Shown here piece after piece: positions 13,330 through 26,106 of a DNA stretch of 64,000 nucleotides (position 1 is its first letter; every line of letters starts with the position of its first letter). Origin of the DNA: Eutreptiella sp. 'Long Island Sound 2002' (taxonomy: Eukaryota; Protista; Euglenida); NCBI GenBank assembly GCA_964036045.1, contig OZ038378.1:15996001-16060000 (forward strand), given 5' to 3'. A program made the translations under genes and the position numbers. Under the pieces are notes generated by a model that saw only the letters and a program-made list of their open reading frames with translations, had not been told where the DNA came from and ran no database searches.

Positions 13330-14190
13330 AGATTACACACTAGTGTGTATGAATGCTGTGGGGCAAGTTACCCTAATGCGCAGGTACCATTACACGCACA
13401 AACAGCTGAAGACAGGGTGCAAAAGGCTAACAGGGTCCTTGTATGACCCCCAACCCAGTCATCAGGTGGCACAGCAGGTTGTAAGGGGGGTGGCTCTCAA
13501 CAAGTGCGTGTTCCGAACGCAAGTCAATAATCCGCCGAGAGGGAGGCTGGAATTGGCGGTGTCCACGCTGTCGGGTCACCGCAGAAAGCGCCGACACACG
13601 TGTCGTATGTGGCAGCACAAATCCCTAACCCAGTGCACCAAGTGAGGGCGGTCATCTTAGAGGATAAAGACAAGGCATTGCACATCAATCACCTTGTACG
13701 AAGGGCTGAGACCGAAACCGGAGGAACAGACGGCCTACACTAAGGCCATGCAGTGGCTCAGGGACACGCATGTAAGTGTCGGGGAGGTGTCCCAGAGCCA
13801 CGCAGGCGTCCGTGAGTTGTGTCTAACAGATGACCCCATGCGCAACCGAGTGGTGTATGTTTTTGCGGAGGCCAGTAAGCAACATGGGTGGGGGCAGTGT
13901 ACAGGGCGGTCTCAGACCGGGGAACAAAGCTCGCTTGATGGAGAATGCGCTTTCAGGTGCTGGGTGCGGACAGCACATTCATAGAGGCCACAAGAGCGAC
14001 AACAGTGTTGCAAGCCTTGCATAATCTTAACCATGACAGGGGAAACAGAACCGAAGTCAGGGTGTGGTCAAGTAGCTTCAATGCGGTGCTACACCATGCA
14101 CATGTTGGGAGCATGCACAAACTACGGCAAGGACACCACATGGTGATGCATGTTCAACACATTGCGCATTTTGTGGGGGTGGGTCTCAGC
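13330..14190 (+). mobile_element. Decayed non-LTR retroelement 3' region with RNase H-like remnant
   Basis: Fragments NRVVYVFAEASK...GRSQTGEQSSL...EVRVWSSSFNA resemble RNase H motifs; many stops and frameshifts. Confidence 0.35.
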
Positions 14191-14222
14191 ACAATATGAC
14201 GTGGGGGGGAGGGATATAGTTT

Positions 14223-14226
<4 letters not shown>

Positions 14227-14255
<29 letters not shown>

Positions 14256-14390
14256 CTGTTGTAGGTGCGTGTGTGTGTCCATTTGTGTGTTGTACGTGTG
14301 TGTGTGTGTGTGCTGTGAATGTGTACGTGCGTGTAAGTTGTGTGTGCTTTTGTGTTGTACGTCTATGTGTGTCTGTGTATGTGTTTTGTG
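14227..14390 (+). repeat. (TG)n microsatellite, perfect then degenerate
   Basis: Directly visible TG run at 14227-14255 followed by an interrupted TG-rich tract. Confidence 0.95.
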
Positions 14391-15746
14391 AGACGTCACA
14401 CCAAGGCGCTTGCTAATGGAGAGGGATGACTTGGCTGAACCCAAGTTGTACTGAGCCCTGAGCAGAAAGAGAGGGGGGGTCCTTCAAGCTGCCTTCGGCA
14501 TAGCGCAACACACACAAACAATTGTAGCATACCATACAGTGCCGTGCAAACAGTCAGTGTACACTTGGAGCATTGCTATCAGAGCTGTCGTCAGGTCCTG
14601 CAACGCAAACTGCAGTGCAAGCCAGGACCAGAAACTAGCACACACAACACATAGACAGGACACGTGCAGCAGCGGCTTGAGCCCTTAAGCATTGCAGCGC
14701 CCAGGCTATGGTGCACTCGGACCGAATCAGGCCTTGAGCAGGGTGGTGCTGGCCTCTTGTGCACTTCCCAGACTCATGGGGACTTGCTGACCACTTGGCA
14801 CATTCATAGGACACCCATCCCCTCCGAGTGAGACAGGCCCACGTGGGTGCAAGGCCATGGTGGGTGTTGCCACCGCCACGACACACTGCTCCAGGATCTA
14901 CTTCTTGGTGGGCCTCAGCTGCTTGTTCCCTGAGCCGGGGCATCCAGCCACATGGCTCGCCGCTAGTGGGCCGGTCTCCACTCGAAGGCTTAGGCTTGGC
15001 AGCACCATATGTCCGTTTTCGGGGTGTCCCCGCACAAGAGGCACATCCGAGACTCCAACAAGAAGCTATCCCGGCAGACATGGTCAAATCAGCGCGCTGA
15101 GGGGGCAACTACAAGCCAGGCCTGAGACTCCCCTGGACGACCTTGATAACGCCAACATAGACCACATGGCAGCTACCTGCATGCACAACCTTACCACCAT
15201 GACGGTGTTGGCTGAGCGGTTGGTCCAAGGGAACACCCGACTGGGACCATGATGCCAAGATCTGATTCCGCTTGCAGCATTATTGAGTTGAGTGCCTGCC
15301 GGCAGAGTCTGGGCCTGATCCCTCGAAGAGCTCTGCCCCTTCAGGTTGGATTGCCGGGTCCCTCGTGTCAGAGATGGACCCGACTCTAGAAGGCTCCACC
15401 TTCGAAGTACCAATCGGCCGTAGTATGGCCCTGGCACACCGTTGGTTTTATGTGCTGGCCGCCGCACAGGTGGCTGCTCCCCAGCGGATTCTTCTGGGGC
15501 CAGATGCAACAAACGATGTGCCACAGTGCACCCGCGAAGCATTTCATGGATGGATATTTTGTGTGCAATAGTCTCAGCCTCCCGGGGTTTCCGTTCGAAC
15601 TGTTGGTTTGCTGGACAAATGTAAAATGTGTCCCGTGGCGTGTATACTGACTCCCCATGCATGACCCCCCCCCCCCACACACACAGTGCAATCTCTGTAC
15701 CTCATCTGAACTTCATGTTTGCCCCCGGTACCCCGTGTACTTGTAG

Positions 15747-16013
15747 GTGCCCTCTGATGGACAAGGCTATGGGGTCCTTCATAATGGCCAGCTCATCACG
15801 GTCTTCAGTGCCTCCAATTACTGCGGGTGCTTCGACAATTTGGGGGGCGTCGTGATCTTCAGTGAGCCTGGCGTGTACCAGTTCAAGGAGTACCTTGCCC
15901 CCAGCCTCGCGGACATCGGCAAGGTCCTAGAGCCCAAGATCGTGCCCCGGAAGCGCAAGAATTCCATTCCTGTTCATGTCAGCCGCGAGCCTGAGGAGGT
16001 GAACCCCCAGCAG
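15747..16013 (+). CDS. PPEF: PPEF exon (TVFSASNYCG; end of catalytic domain and linker)
   Basis: VPSDGQGYGVLHNGQLITVFSASNYCGCFDNLGGVVIF...; TAG acceptor at 15744-15746. Donor at 16014 chosen because it joins in frame to 18724; alternative donors exist at 15924 and 16087. Confidence 0.85.
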
Positions 16014-17429
16014 GTCATTCCATCCGCACGGGCAGGCGTTGCACCGGGGGGGGGGGGAGACCCCTCCCGCCTCGCTCTCAATCACGTAAGAATCAGGGTT
16101 GTGGGAACCTTTTTCGTTTGGGCCAAATTTTTTCTCCCGCACTTTCGGCACACTTATAGCAGGGTTCTTTGGTCGTTCCACTCATATCATTTCTTCCCTG
16201 TGTTGCAGATCTCATGTCGGAGCCTCCCATAAGTACGTTCTCTGGCACCCCGGTCCAACCATGCCCCTACGCAAAACGCGGCGACGTTGTAAATGCAATC
16301 CTCCATTTTCGCTTTCAAGATAGATGGAGTGGGAAGAAAAGGCAAGAGGCAGACAATGCTGCACAGAAAGCATATTCCACATTTTTTCTGAACACTCCAA
16401 TGGCAAATCTGTTGCGAGTTTGTAAGACAACCAGCCATAATGGATCATCATCCAGCTCAGATTCTTCTGGTTCCTCTTCCAGTTCAAAAGAGGATGATAA
16501 TGGTGAGTCCAGCTCAGATGGGGCCAGCTCTGCTTGAGTTTTGACGAAGAATTCGATGACAATGAGCTGTTTGTGTTGCCTGGTGGTGATGATGCGTTGC
16601 ATTGCCTGTCTTCGGACATTATGACAAACGTATATGCTGAATGGGTCAGTGTGGTACTTTTTTGCAGATCCTTCCGGATATGCTGCATTTCGGTGGGGTG
16701 GGTGGGGGACCCCCCCCCCTCCCCTGGACCCCCTCCCCCCTCCGCTTAAGCAACGCAACGCCTCGGGGGGCAAACCTATTGCCAGAGACCATGGTGATTG
16801 GTGTGGTATTTCTGGCAACAAGTGACCTCGAGGCCATGCCTTAAAACAACCGATTTTGCTGTGTTCAAAACGCAAGGGTCAACCCGCCATATCAAAGCTC
16901 CGCGCGAGCACAAGACAGTATTGCGCTCTGGGTCAGATTGTTTCTTGTTGCATGTATGCATGATGAATGCACCTCGATTCTAACCCCCCTTCCCTTCTCC
17001 AGCCACAACCACCTCTACCTCTACAACCACACAGCGTTCATGTTGGAAAATAAATCTCTGCAACCAACCTTTCAACGAGCTTCTACAGCCCCGACAACAA
17101 CCACAACGTCTACAAGCACAACCACAACCTCTACAACCACACAGTGTCAACGTTTTGGAATGAAATTTTTGTCAGTCTGTCAGGAGTTCACCGGTATGTG
17201 GCATGTGGCAGTCGGCTGCATAACCCCTACCGTACTGGGGTCCCCAAAGCGGGAGCAACAACTTCCACCGCAACCAACCTGCTTCAGAAAAAAAATGGGG
17301 TGTGTGTCGTCAAACGCCCTTAACATCCCGCAGGGCATTTTGAAACAACGGAGGCAAGGGGGGTGGGGGTCCGAACGGGGGCATTATATCTAGTTTCGAA
17401 GAAACCCTGGTATCTTATGCCCCCCAAAA

Positions 17430-17875
17430 CACTTACTGCCCTGTTCCCTACACCTCAGCCCTAACGCCCACTGCCCCGTTCTCCACACCCACTGCCCCGT
17501 ACCCCACAACCACTGCCCCGTTCCCCACAACCAGTGCCCCATTTCCCACGCCCGCCCCAACCCCCACTGCCGCATTTACCACATCTACTGCCGCACTCCC
17601 CTCCCCCGCTGCCCCTTTCATACAACACTCCAAAACCCACTGCCCCACTCCCCACATGGTCCGATTCCCCCCATCCACTGTCCCACTGCCCACACCCACG
17701 GCCTCCATTTCCTCGACCCGGTGTGACGTGACCCACACCCACTGCCCCATTCTTCAGCCTCGTCGTTCCACACACCTACTGCCCCGTTCGTCCAATCCAA
17801 TGCCCGAGGCCTAACGCCCGCGGCCCCGTTCCGCGCATACCCAATTCCAAACAACCACTGCCCCAATCCCTCTGC
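17430..17875 (+). repeat. Degenerate minisatellite, about 21-bp unit CCACTGCCCCRTTCCCCACAA
   Basis: Repeated CCACTGCCCC cores, best preserved at 17468-17545. Confidence 0.85.
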
Positions 17876-18723
17876 CAAACAAAAGAGATGAAGCTTTGTG
17901 TAATGCACAGGCCCCAATGCACAGGCATGTTATGTAAAGCACAGGCCCCAGGAGGAAGGAGGAGGGAGGGAGAGAGGCAGCAACACAAGTTGCATTCCCG
18001 GTGAGCCTGTGACTTGCCCAGGCACACAGACCCAGGGGCATTCAACCTCGTGGGCAGTCCCATTCACAAGCTGCCAAACCCAGGGGCAGCTATGCTCCTG
18101 GGCAGCCAAACGGATGAGCAGGCTCCCTTTGAGTGTCGAATAGGTGGGCACCCGCTCAACAAGCGGAGCTACGGGTGCCTCGCAAAAGCACGGGTACTAC
18201 AGCCCACCTCTGATGCCCAAGCCCCCCTTTTTGAATTCGGGTTTGGGAGGAGGTGTCTGATTTTCAAGTAGCCCCCCACCCTACCCCACCCCACCCCCAC
18301 GCGCCTTTGTGACCTTGGTCACCCGCAAAACTTCTCTTCATATGCCGTGCTGTGTCCATGCAGACGCAGACAAGAGGCCGAAAAGCTGATCGTTTACTGC
18401 TCTGCCATTTTGCGTGTTTCACACACCAATGGGCATCGTGTTTCCTTCCCACTTCTCTTTGAAGTTCTATGCCTTCGAGTGGTTGCAATCCAGGAGCTCT
18501 TGGTGGGCCGTGCTTAACAGGGTAAGCTGACCTCAGGTCGCGCCCACATTTTCGCTTAGCTCGCTTTTATTAGGTGTTAACTTTCCGTTGTGACCGTTGC
18601 ACCCGTCTATAGCGAAGGCGGCAGTGGCTGCGATGCCATCATTTTTTTTCTGCCATTTTTATTCCTTGATTCTTTTCTAGGGCCTGCTCGTCCTCTCTGC
18701 TGCTGCCCCCGGTGGAGTGCCAG

Positions 18724-18963
18724 GCGAAGCAGGATATTGTGGAGCGGCTGCAAGAGCTGGTCGTCCAGCACCATGACGCGCTGAAGGATTTCTATTCCGG
18801 CCTCCAGGATCCGCCCGCATCGTGCATCACACCGCAGGAGTGGTCCGCTGGCATGGAGGCGGTGCTGCAGCTGCGCATTGGTTTTGAGACCTACCGCGAC
18901 GCCTTAGTGGAGCTCACGGACGATGGCCTTGTGGATTGGCAGCAGTTCTTGTCGGCACACCAG
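18724..18963 (+). CDS. PPEF: PPEF exon (start of the EF-hand region)
   Basis: AKQDIVERLQELVVQHHDALKDFY...ELTDDGLVDWQQFLSAHQ; CAG acceptor at 18721-18723 (alternative phase-2 acceptor at 18680), GT at 18964. Confidence 0.85.
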
Positions 18964-19128
18964 GTGTTGGTGCGGGAGAGAGGGATAGAGAGTCCGCGAG
19001 GGTACTCCTGCCGCACACCCGGACGAGGTTTCTTGCTCAAGGCACAGAACCGGTTCACACGCAGGATGTGGTTTTCCACTGTGTGCCGTGACTCTTCAGT
19101 GTCTGACATGGCTCTGTGCCTTCCTCAG

Positions 19129-19242
19129 GTCGTTGTTGGGGGCAAGCACGGTGACTGGGTCGGAGAGATGAAGAAATATATCCACTCCAAGTTGATGCAG
19201 TGTGACCTGACGGTGTCGGAGTATTTTCGGATCTTCGACCAG
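19129..19242 (+). CDS. PPEF: PPEF exon
   Basis: VVVGGKHGDW...SEYFRIFDQ; CAG acceptor and GTATGA donor; the EF loop is split by the intron (DQ|DADGFVEPEE). Confidence 0.9.
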
Positions 19243-19706
19243 GTATGATGCGGTACACTGCGGTACGGCGTGTGGTGTGGCGAGTGTGCTTTGCTGTGCT
19301 GTGCTGTAGTCTGGTGGGAGGTTCAGGTGCGGTGTGGTGCGCGATTGGGTGGGGTGAGGTAGAGTGGGCGTTGGGGGGGGGGGGGGGCATGGCGGGTTGT
19401 CGTATGGCGTGATGTGGCATGGCCTTGTGTGCAGTTTGTAGTGATGCTACGACCACGGACACCATTTGGAGTTATTATTCGGTAATGGGCCGCGTAGCCG
19501 TGCTGTGGACAACCCGAGCCGTGTAGCAGTGCCATAGTGCGATGCAACCGGTTGCGTGGTGCTACGGGTCATTGTTGATATGCCAACTGTGCGGTGGGGC
19601 TGTGAGGCAATACCATCAGTTGCCGGGGGGGGGACATGCACGGCGTACAGTTGTGGTGCTTCTATGGGGAAAAGGAACGGTGTACTGATGCGCACCTTCG
19701 ATTCAG

Positions 19707-20053
19707 GATGCGGATGGCTTTGTGGAGCCCGAGGAGCTGGAGCGTGGGATGCAACAACTAAAGATCGATCTGGGCGGCGCCGTGCTGACGGGGCTGTTGC
19801 CTGAGCCCGGGCCTAACGGGAAGGTAAACATCTTGGATTTCATGACGAGCCTGCAGCCCTATTACTCGGGAAAGCCGCTGGCGCCAGCGGTGGAGGAAGT
19901 GATCAAGGCCATCGAAGAGACAATGGGGGGGAGCCCCCACGAACTGTTCCATGTTTTTGCCGAGATTGATAAGGATAAGAATGGGGTTCTGCACATGTAC
20001 GAAATGAATCGGTTTCTGGCCTGGCTCAGCCAACGGAAGCCCGAGTACGCCGG
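19707..20053 (+). CDS. PPEF: PPEF exon (EF-hands DQDADGFVEPEE, DKDKNGVLHMYE)
   Basis: CAG acceptor at 19704-19706; phase-2 GT donor at 20054 matches the phase of the last exon. Confidence 0.92.
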
Positions 20054-21070
20054 GTGTGTGTGCCTTGCCTCAATCCTCTGGCACTAGACTGTGCAAGGTT
20101 TACCGCTTCATACAAGTTTTGGGGCTTGGAGAGCGTGGCAAGTGGGCAACCACTGATAAGGATCAGCCATTGGCAGCACATCGTCTTGGACAACAGGGGC
20201 TGTTTGGTTTATCCACTGAACAACGTCATTCAGCGCAATTGATTTTTTGCCTGGCCAACCGACTTTTTTCCTGGCCCACCAGCTATCACCTTGGAATTTC
20301 CCAGCGGATCCTGGGCTGGTGATCAGACAATCACAGGTGTATTGTTGTTGCCACCAAAAGCGCATCACGGGTATTGCCTACATCACGGAGACCAGCCCTC
20401 GGAATTTGCCCCAAGATGGGTCGGACGCCCCCCTAACCCTAATCAAGAGTGACTACTGGAACCGAGCTGGTGGTATGCCATTAAAAAGAGCTCAATAAGG
20501 GCAAAAATGGTTCAAACATAGCTAAAAATAGCTTAAAACCAATTGTTTTAAAGTCCCAAATACTCTAGGATCATTTTTGAAAAATGCTTTTTCCGCCCTT
20601 TTTTGCCCCTTTTATGGTCCCAGAATGGCCCTTTTCAAGGCTTTATGGGAGCTTGCATGTGGTAATATGCGTCGAAAACGACTGAAAACGGCTTAAAACT
20701 ACTTGTTTGAGAACCCCACGTGGTCTGGGAACAACATTAGAAAAACTATTTTGGGCTGATTGTGGACCCACAGGTGACCCCCGCTAGTCAATACCGAATA
20801 TTTGGAGCAAGATTGTGGTGAGAGGACACTGTGCATTGCATATTGAGCAGTACACAATCTACACACGCGCCATGAATTTTATTTCATCACACCATGGTCA
20901 CACTCGTGACACCCTATGTTCTTCTTCTGCGTCCAGTCCGCTGGGATCCAATGCTGTTCCTCTCGTGTCTCTCGTGTTTTCCGCGCTCCTGTGCGTCGCC
21001 CCCCCCCCCCTACGTCCAGCGGCCGTAGGCCACCCGCTCTCTTCTCACTGCAGCCAAATATGTCTGACCA

Positions 21071-21510
21071 CAGTTAGTCAGGGAAGCAATGAGTTAGGCA
21101 GCAGGCAGTCAGTCGGGCAAGTAGGCAGGCAGGCAGAAACACACAGTTTGGCTTTTTAGAGGTGGCTGACCACATTTACAAACAGTGAAGACTGAGAGCG
21201 ACAGGAACTGATGGCAGTGGAGTGGTAGAACAGTCGGTTGACAACTGGTTTATTGTTGGTTGGAATCCTGGCTGCACGTCCCACTGCGGTGGCAATGGAC
21301 TCGTCCGTCTCTTCTGTACAACCCCGGTTTAAATCCTTCTGAGCACAAACTTTTGACCCCCCCCCCAAAATGTGGTATCCAGTTTCAGGGGTATAGAGGC
21401 CTCAAAATCAAAAAATCCTTTGGGAGATCGTTTTGTCAAGCAAAATAATAATTTTACAAAGGTTGGACATCCAATATCATGCCTTGGGGTATGCTACGCG
21501 AATGACCCCC
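21071..21510 (-). repeat. Dispersed repeat family B, copy 2 (inverted relative to 5811-6253)
   Basis: Reverse complement aligns almost base for base with 5811-6253; the ORF-track peptides MESWLHVPLRWQ and MESRPHVPLRWQ confirm this. Confidence 0.9.
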
Positions 21511-21624
21511 CCCCAGGGACTTGCTTGAGCGGGGGGGGGAGGGGGTCAAGGGAGGGGGAGAGGGGGTCCAGGGGGGAGGCCCCCCCCCGCCGGAACATAG
21601 CCAATCCCAAGTGAACAGAAAAAA

Positions 21625-22683
21625 TTATTGGAGAATGAACAACTCAGCACATGGAAATGCCATGTTGTCGGCCGTAAACAAAGAAAATTCATCATTGAAT
21701 GTCAATTCAGGGTTCCCACATCTCGCCAATACAAAACAGATGAGCTCCGCTGTCGGGACTTGGGCGGCTTGCAGGACCGCATGCACGCCATTGGGCAGTG
21801 CCCAAAACGCGGCCACCACCTTGCTGGGCCGAAGGCGGTTCAACGTTGTCCTGAGATGGGGGGGCATGAATTGACTGACGGGCTTTTGAAGCTTGAAGGT
21901 GACCTTCTCACTCTGGACGTCCGGGGCGACCTCGGTATCGAGGGGTGGGGCCTTCTTGCGGGCCGTGTAGAGGCTCTGGAACACTAGGTGGCGGAGGCGG
22001 GCTGCAGAGACGGGGGCATGCTCGGGGCTCCATCGCGTGACGAGAGCGGCAGTGAGGGCACCAGGGTCTTTAGAGACATACTCCAGCAGCGGTCCACCCT
22101 GTGCAAGCGACAGGGGGACATGCTCAATAACTTTCACCTCTGACGGGCCCGCCGTAACTGTGGCAGTGAGCAGGAGCCCCCGCGGCGTCCAAGCTCCCGT
22201 CACCGCGGAGATAGCCTAGATGTCTCCATCCTCTGGAGTCCACCGTAGAGCGTCGCATAGGTCGGATAGGGCGGGATCGGGGGCCCAGACGGCCTCATCC
22301 GCCGCTTCCAGAGCGTCGTCCTTCAGCATGTCTAGATCGCGCAGGAGCGGATCAGTGTCGTCGGACTGAGCGATATCCACCAAGAACATGGGAAACGGCC
22401 CCTTGCGTAGGGCGTCGTCCCGAGCAATCGTGTACAGTTTACCGCGTCGCCCCACCGGTCGACCCCGCTCGTCTGTGTGCCCTGTGGGTTGCAGCCCCAC
22501 GCTTCGGCGCGGCGCTCCCCTCGCACACCCGTCCTCGTGAGTCTTGGGACCCCCCACCCGCCAGCGTGATCCGCCGGGCGGCCCCACGTATATGGAAATG
22601 GCTGTTGAAGGACCCCGGAAAGACCCAAGTGAAGGGCCCTGGCTCTTACCCAGTTTGGCAACAGTAGCCCCTAGTCCTACCAC
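21625..22683 (-). pseudogene. Orphan ~350-codon reading frame with one in-frame TAG (22216-22218), probably transposon-associated
   Basis: ORFs 22216-22683 and 21625-22203 are in the same frame (…PEDGDI*AISAVTGAW…) with globular-looking composition; no family recognised. Confidence 0.5.
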
Positions 22684-24071
22684 CGCCTCCCCCGAAACCC
22701 TTTCTCGCTCGCTTCGCTCGGTCTAGGAACAATTTTGGACCTCTTTGTGACCCATAGGTGACACCCACTAGCCCTACGCAAGCACATGCACGTGGTCCAT
22801 TGGTGCCACTAGCCCCCAATACCCCCACCCCCTCCCCCAAAACCCAAACTGCCCAAAAGGGGGCTTTTTTTTTTTGGCTATACTTGACAGATTTTGAAAC
22901 CTTGGTCCACCAGTTGCGACGCCCGCTCTCAGCTAAAACGGTTGAGTTTCTTGCTCAAACTTTGTGCGATTGTACTTCACACCCATTGGTATCATCCACC
23001 AAAATTTCAGATGGATTTGAAGCACCACAACGGAATTGTGGCTATTTCCCAATTTTCGTGTGTGCGTGCCGCTGCTGCTGCTTGTTGTTGCTACTTGCTA
23101 TTGTTTGTTGCTTGCTTGATGCTTGCCAAACGTTGTAGCTCCACCCCAAACACTAACGAGGGCTATAAGACATAGATGCCCCCCCATACCATCAAACCCT
23201 TCCTTGCTTGCTTCGCTCGCTTGAAAGACAAGCCCCCCCCCAACACTCCCCCCAGCACCCCCCCCCCCCCGCACCCCTTACAACCCCCCCCCCCATTCCT
23301 TGCTTGCTTCACTCGCTCAGCATGCATGCCCCCCCACCCCCGGCACTCCCCCGGTACCCCTGCCTGATACCCCTACCAAAATCCTTGCTTGCTCACTTCG
23401 CTCACTCGAACCCAACCCCCCAGTCCAACATTCTCCTCGGACCTCCAATATTTCGTTGTTCTCCTAGAATTGCCCATTTCAAAGGTTTTTTGGGAACTTG
23501 CATGGGCTAATATGGGTCAAAGATGGCTCAAAATAGCCTGGAGCCACTTCTTTGAGCACCCCAAGTGGTCCACGAACAACTTTGGGGGGAAATTCATTTT
23601 TGACCACTTTTGGACCCACACGCAACCCCTGTAACCCTACCGTGGCCGACACGCCATGCGTGCTGCACCACTCCATGGTGCCAATGGGGCATTGAAGGGT
23701 GTTGATAGCATGGAAATTGCTTGCAAGTGATCCCCTTCATCATTGTTTATCACCAGAAGACCGCCCAACGCAATCCATGGCCGTCAAACTCAACAATAGG
23801 TGGAACCCAACAGACTATGCACAAATGGTGCTTTTCAAGGCTGATTTGCGGTATTTTGGGCCCAAAACAGGCCGTTTAGCCAAGTACTTTGGTGCAAAAC
23901 CCACTAGACAGTTATCAAAGGTGTTTGTGCATCATCTAGGCCGGTTTCAATGCAAATGACCCCCTCCAAGGACATGCTAGGCACCCAAACTAGCCCAACA
24001 AGGGCATTTGGCTATTTTTGACAGATTTTGACCTAGGTCCGCCAATTACAACGCCTATTCTTGGCCGGAAC

Positions 24072-25030
24072 CAGGGATGGATATAATTTTGGCGCCACTT
24101 GGGGGGGTCCGGGTCCGGGGGGGGGGGGGGGTCATTTTTTGTTAATGGTCACAAAAAACGTAAAGGGCCATAGTGGGAAAGTGCAAACCCGAAAAATATC
24201 GTCACCAAATAAGGTGTCTACGGTGGAATCTTGTGTGTCCCTGCCAGTACTGCCGGTACTGTTGGTTATTGTGATTGCTGATAGTTGTACATTGTTTCTG
24301 TATGTTGTTGTTTCAGGCCCTTTCGTTCTTTTTTGTCACAATGGGCCGCAAGAAAGTTCCTTGCACATGTGTTCCAACCTGCAAGAGTGATGCAGCATGC
24401 AGGCAGAAGCGTAGCAAAGCAAAGCGCAAGCAACAGGCATTGTCTGGCCAAGCTTTTGCATTGGTTGTGGCTGCTTGTTCTGCTGCGGGTGTGGTTGCTG
24501 TTTGTGGTGTTGTGTTTACTGTTGCGACCCTTCTTATAGGTGCTAACAGTGAGGCCCACCAGTCTCAGCCCTCACAGCAACACACTACCCGCATCAGGTG
24601 AATATAATGATAATCTGGCAGACATGTCAGATGGGGCAAGCTCCTTGTCCTCCTTTGCATCTATCACTACAGGTTCATCAAGTGGCAGTGGCAGCGATAG
24701 TGACAGTGATAATGAGACATCAAGTAGTCATAGCTGCAGCGAGCACGACAATTTTGTCACTGTGAGTGATGACAGTGAATGACATTGAATGACCCTGAAT
24801 GACATTTGAAAATGGTCCATACACAACGCACTGTGCGTGTCAAATGTGCTATGTATCCCATGTGGCATCAAGTCCCCCCCCATGCACATGTACAGGCAGA
24901 GGGCTGCCCAAAACAGCCGGTTGTGGGTCACGTTTTTTGTGACCAAATATTGTGACCTTTTTTGTGACCAAGGTGGGGGGTGGGGGGGGGGTCCGGGCCA
25001 AACCCACCCCGCCTGTTGTATCCGTCCCTG
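24072..25030. mobile_element. hAT-type non-autonomous DNA transposon (959 bp)
   Basis: TIRs CAGGGATGGATATAA and TTGTATCCGTCCCTG; perfect 8-bp TSD GCCGGAAC at 24064-24071 and 25031-25038; interrupts a family C unit. Confidence 0.92.
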
Positions 25031-26106
25031 GCCGGAACTGTTGAGTTTTTTGCTCAAACTTTGTGAGATTGTATTTCACACCCATAGATATCATCCACCA
25101 AAAGTTCATTTGAATTTGAAGCACCACAACGGAGTTGTGACTTTGCCCATTTCGCGCGTGCTTGTGGCTCGTTGCTTGCACTGTTATTCCGCAGCAAAGT
25201 CGAGGAGTAACAAGAGTTGCACACTGCGAATCTTTTGTTTTATTGTGATTGTTGTACCCTTATAGAATTTTGTTATTTCAAGTCACAGGGCCCACCCTCC
25301 CTCCCAAGGGGGTAAGAGGGGTATTGCCACCCTCCTGCCCAGAACACGGCTCTGATGTGTCTACGAAGGTTTCCATACCCATCCATGATCATTTGACCGT
25401 GGTAAACAAATCATCTGAATGAACACTGTAAACAAATTGGATTTTCATAGATGCGGCCTTCGATGTCAACAAGTTTAAAGTGGGTTTGTGGGGTCCTGCC
25501 TTTGGGGGTCACGTTTTTGCGTGTAGCGCAGGCGTCGGTACAGAGCAAGAAGCCGAGCTTGATGGTATTGTGAAGGGTTTATGGTTTGTTGTGAACGTGG
25601 CATGGTGTTTTCCGCATCGTCGGTGACGTTGCCTACTCCCTAGAGCAGTCTGTGAGGACGAGTTTGGGGCTTCACTGTCATAATCACCAGCTCCGCCACT
25701 TGGTTTTCCTCTCTTTACCCCCCTCCAAACGTTCTTGGATGGGTATCAGGCGACTTGCAGCCGGCTGATTGCTTCTCTCGTATCAATGGGGACTTCGGGA
25801 GATGCTTTAGGTCTGCACCGACGGCGGCTTGGGACAAGTCCTCGGCTCTGCACACTTTCCCCGATCTTTCTAATCCCGTTTGATCTTTTGCAAGTCGAGG
25901 GTGGAGCTACTAGGTTTGGGAAGCAGGAAGTAGGTTGCACACACAAAACAAAGCAGAATTCAGCCATATGATTCGTTTACCGCACTCTTCTGCGTAGCAA
26001 AACCTCCCCTTCTCCCCCCCCCCCCCCGCGCACCCACATGACATGACATGACATGAATCTAGTTGACTTGCAGAACCTTGCCGACCCTTGGGAACACCCC
26101 CGAGCC

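Noticed and set aside
16209-16232. Possible 24-nt PPEF micro-exon between a strong CAG acceptor and a GTACGT donor
   Set aside because: In phase 0 it ends in TAA, and no phase-2 upstream donor exists to use it with the 18681 acceptor. The direct 16013-to-18724 join is in frame and simpler.
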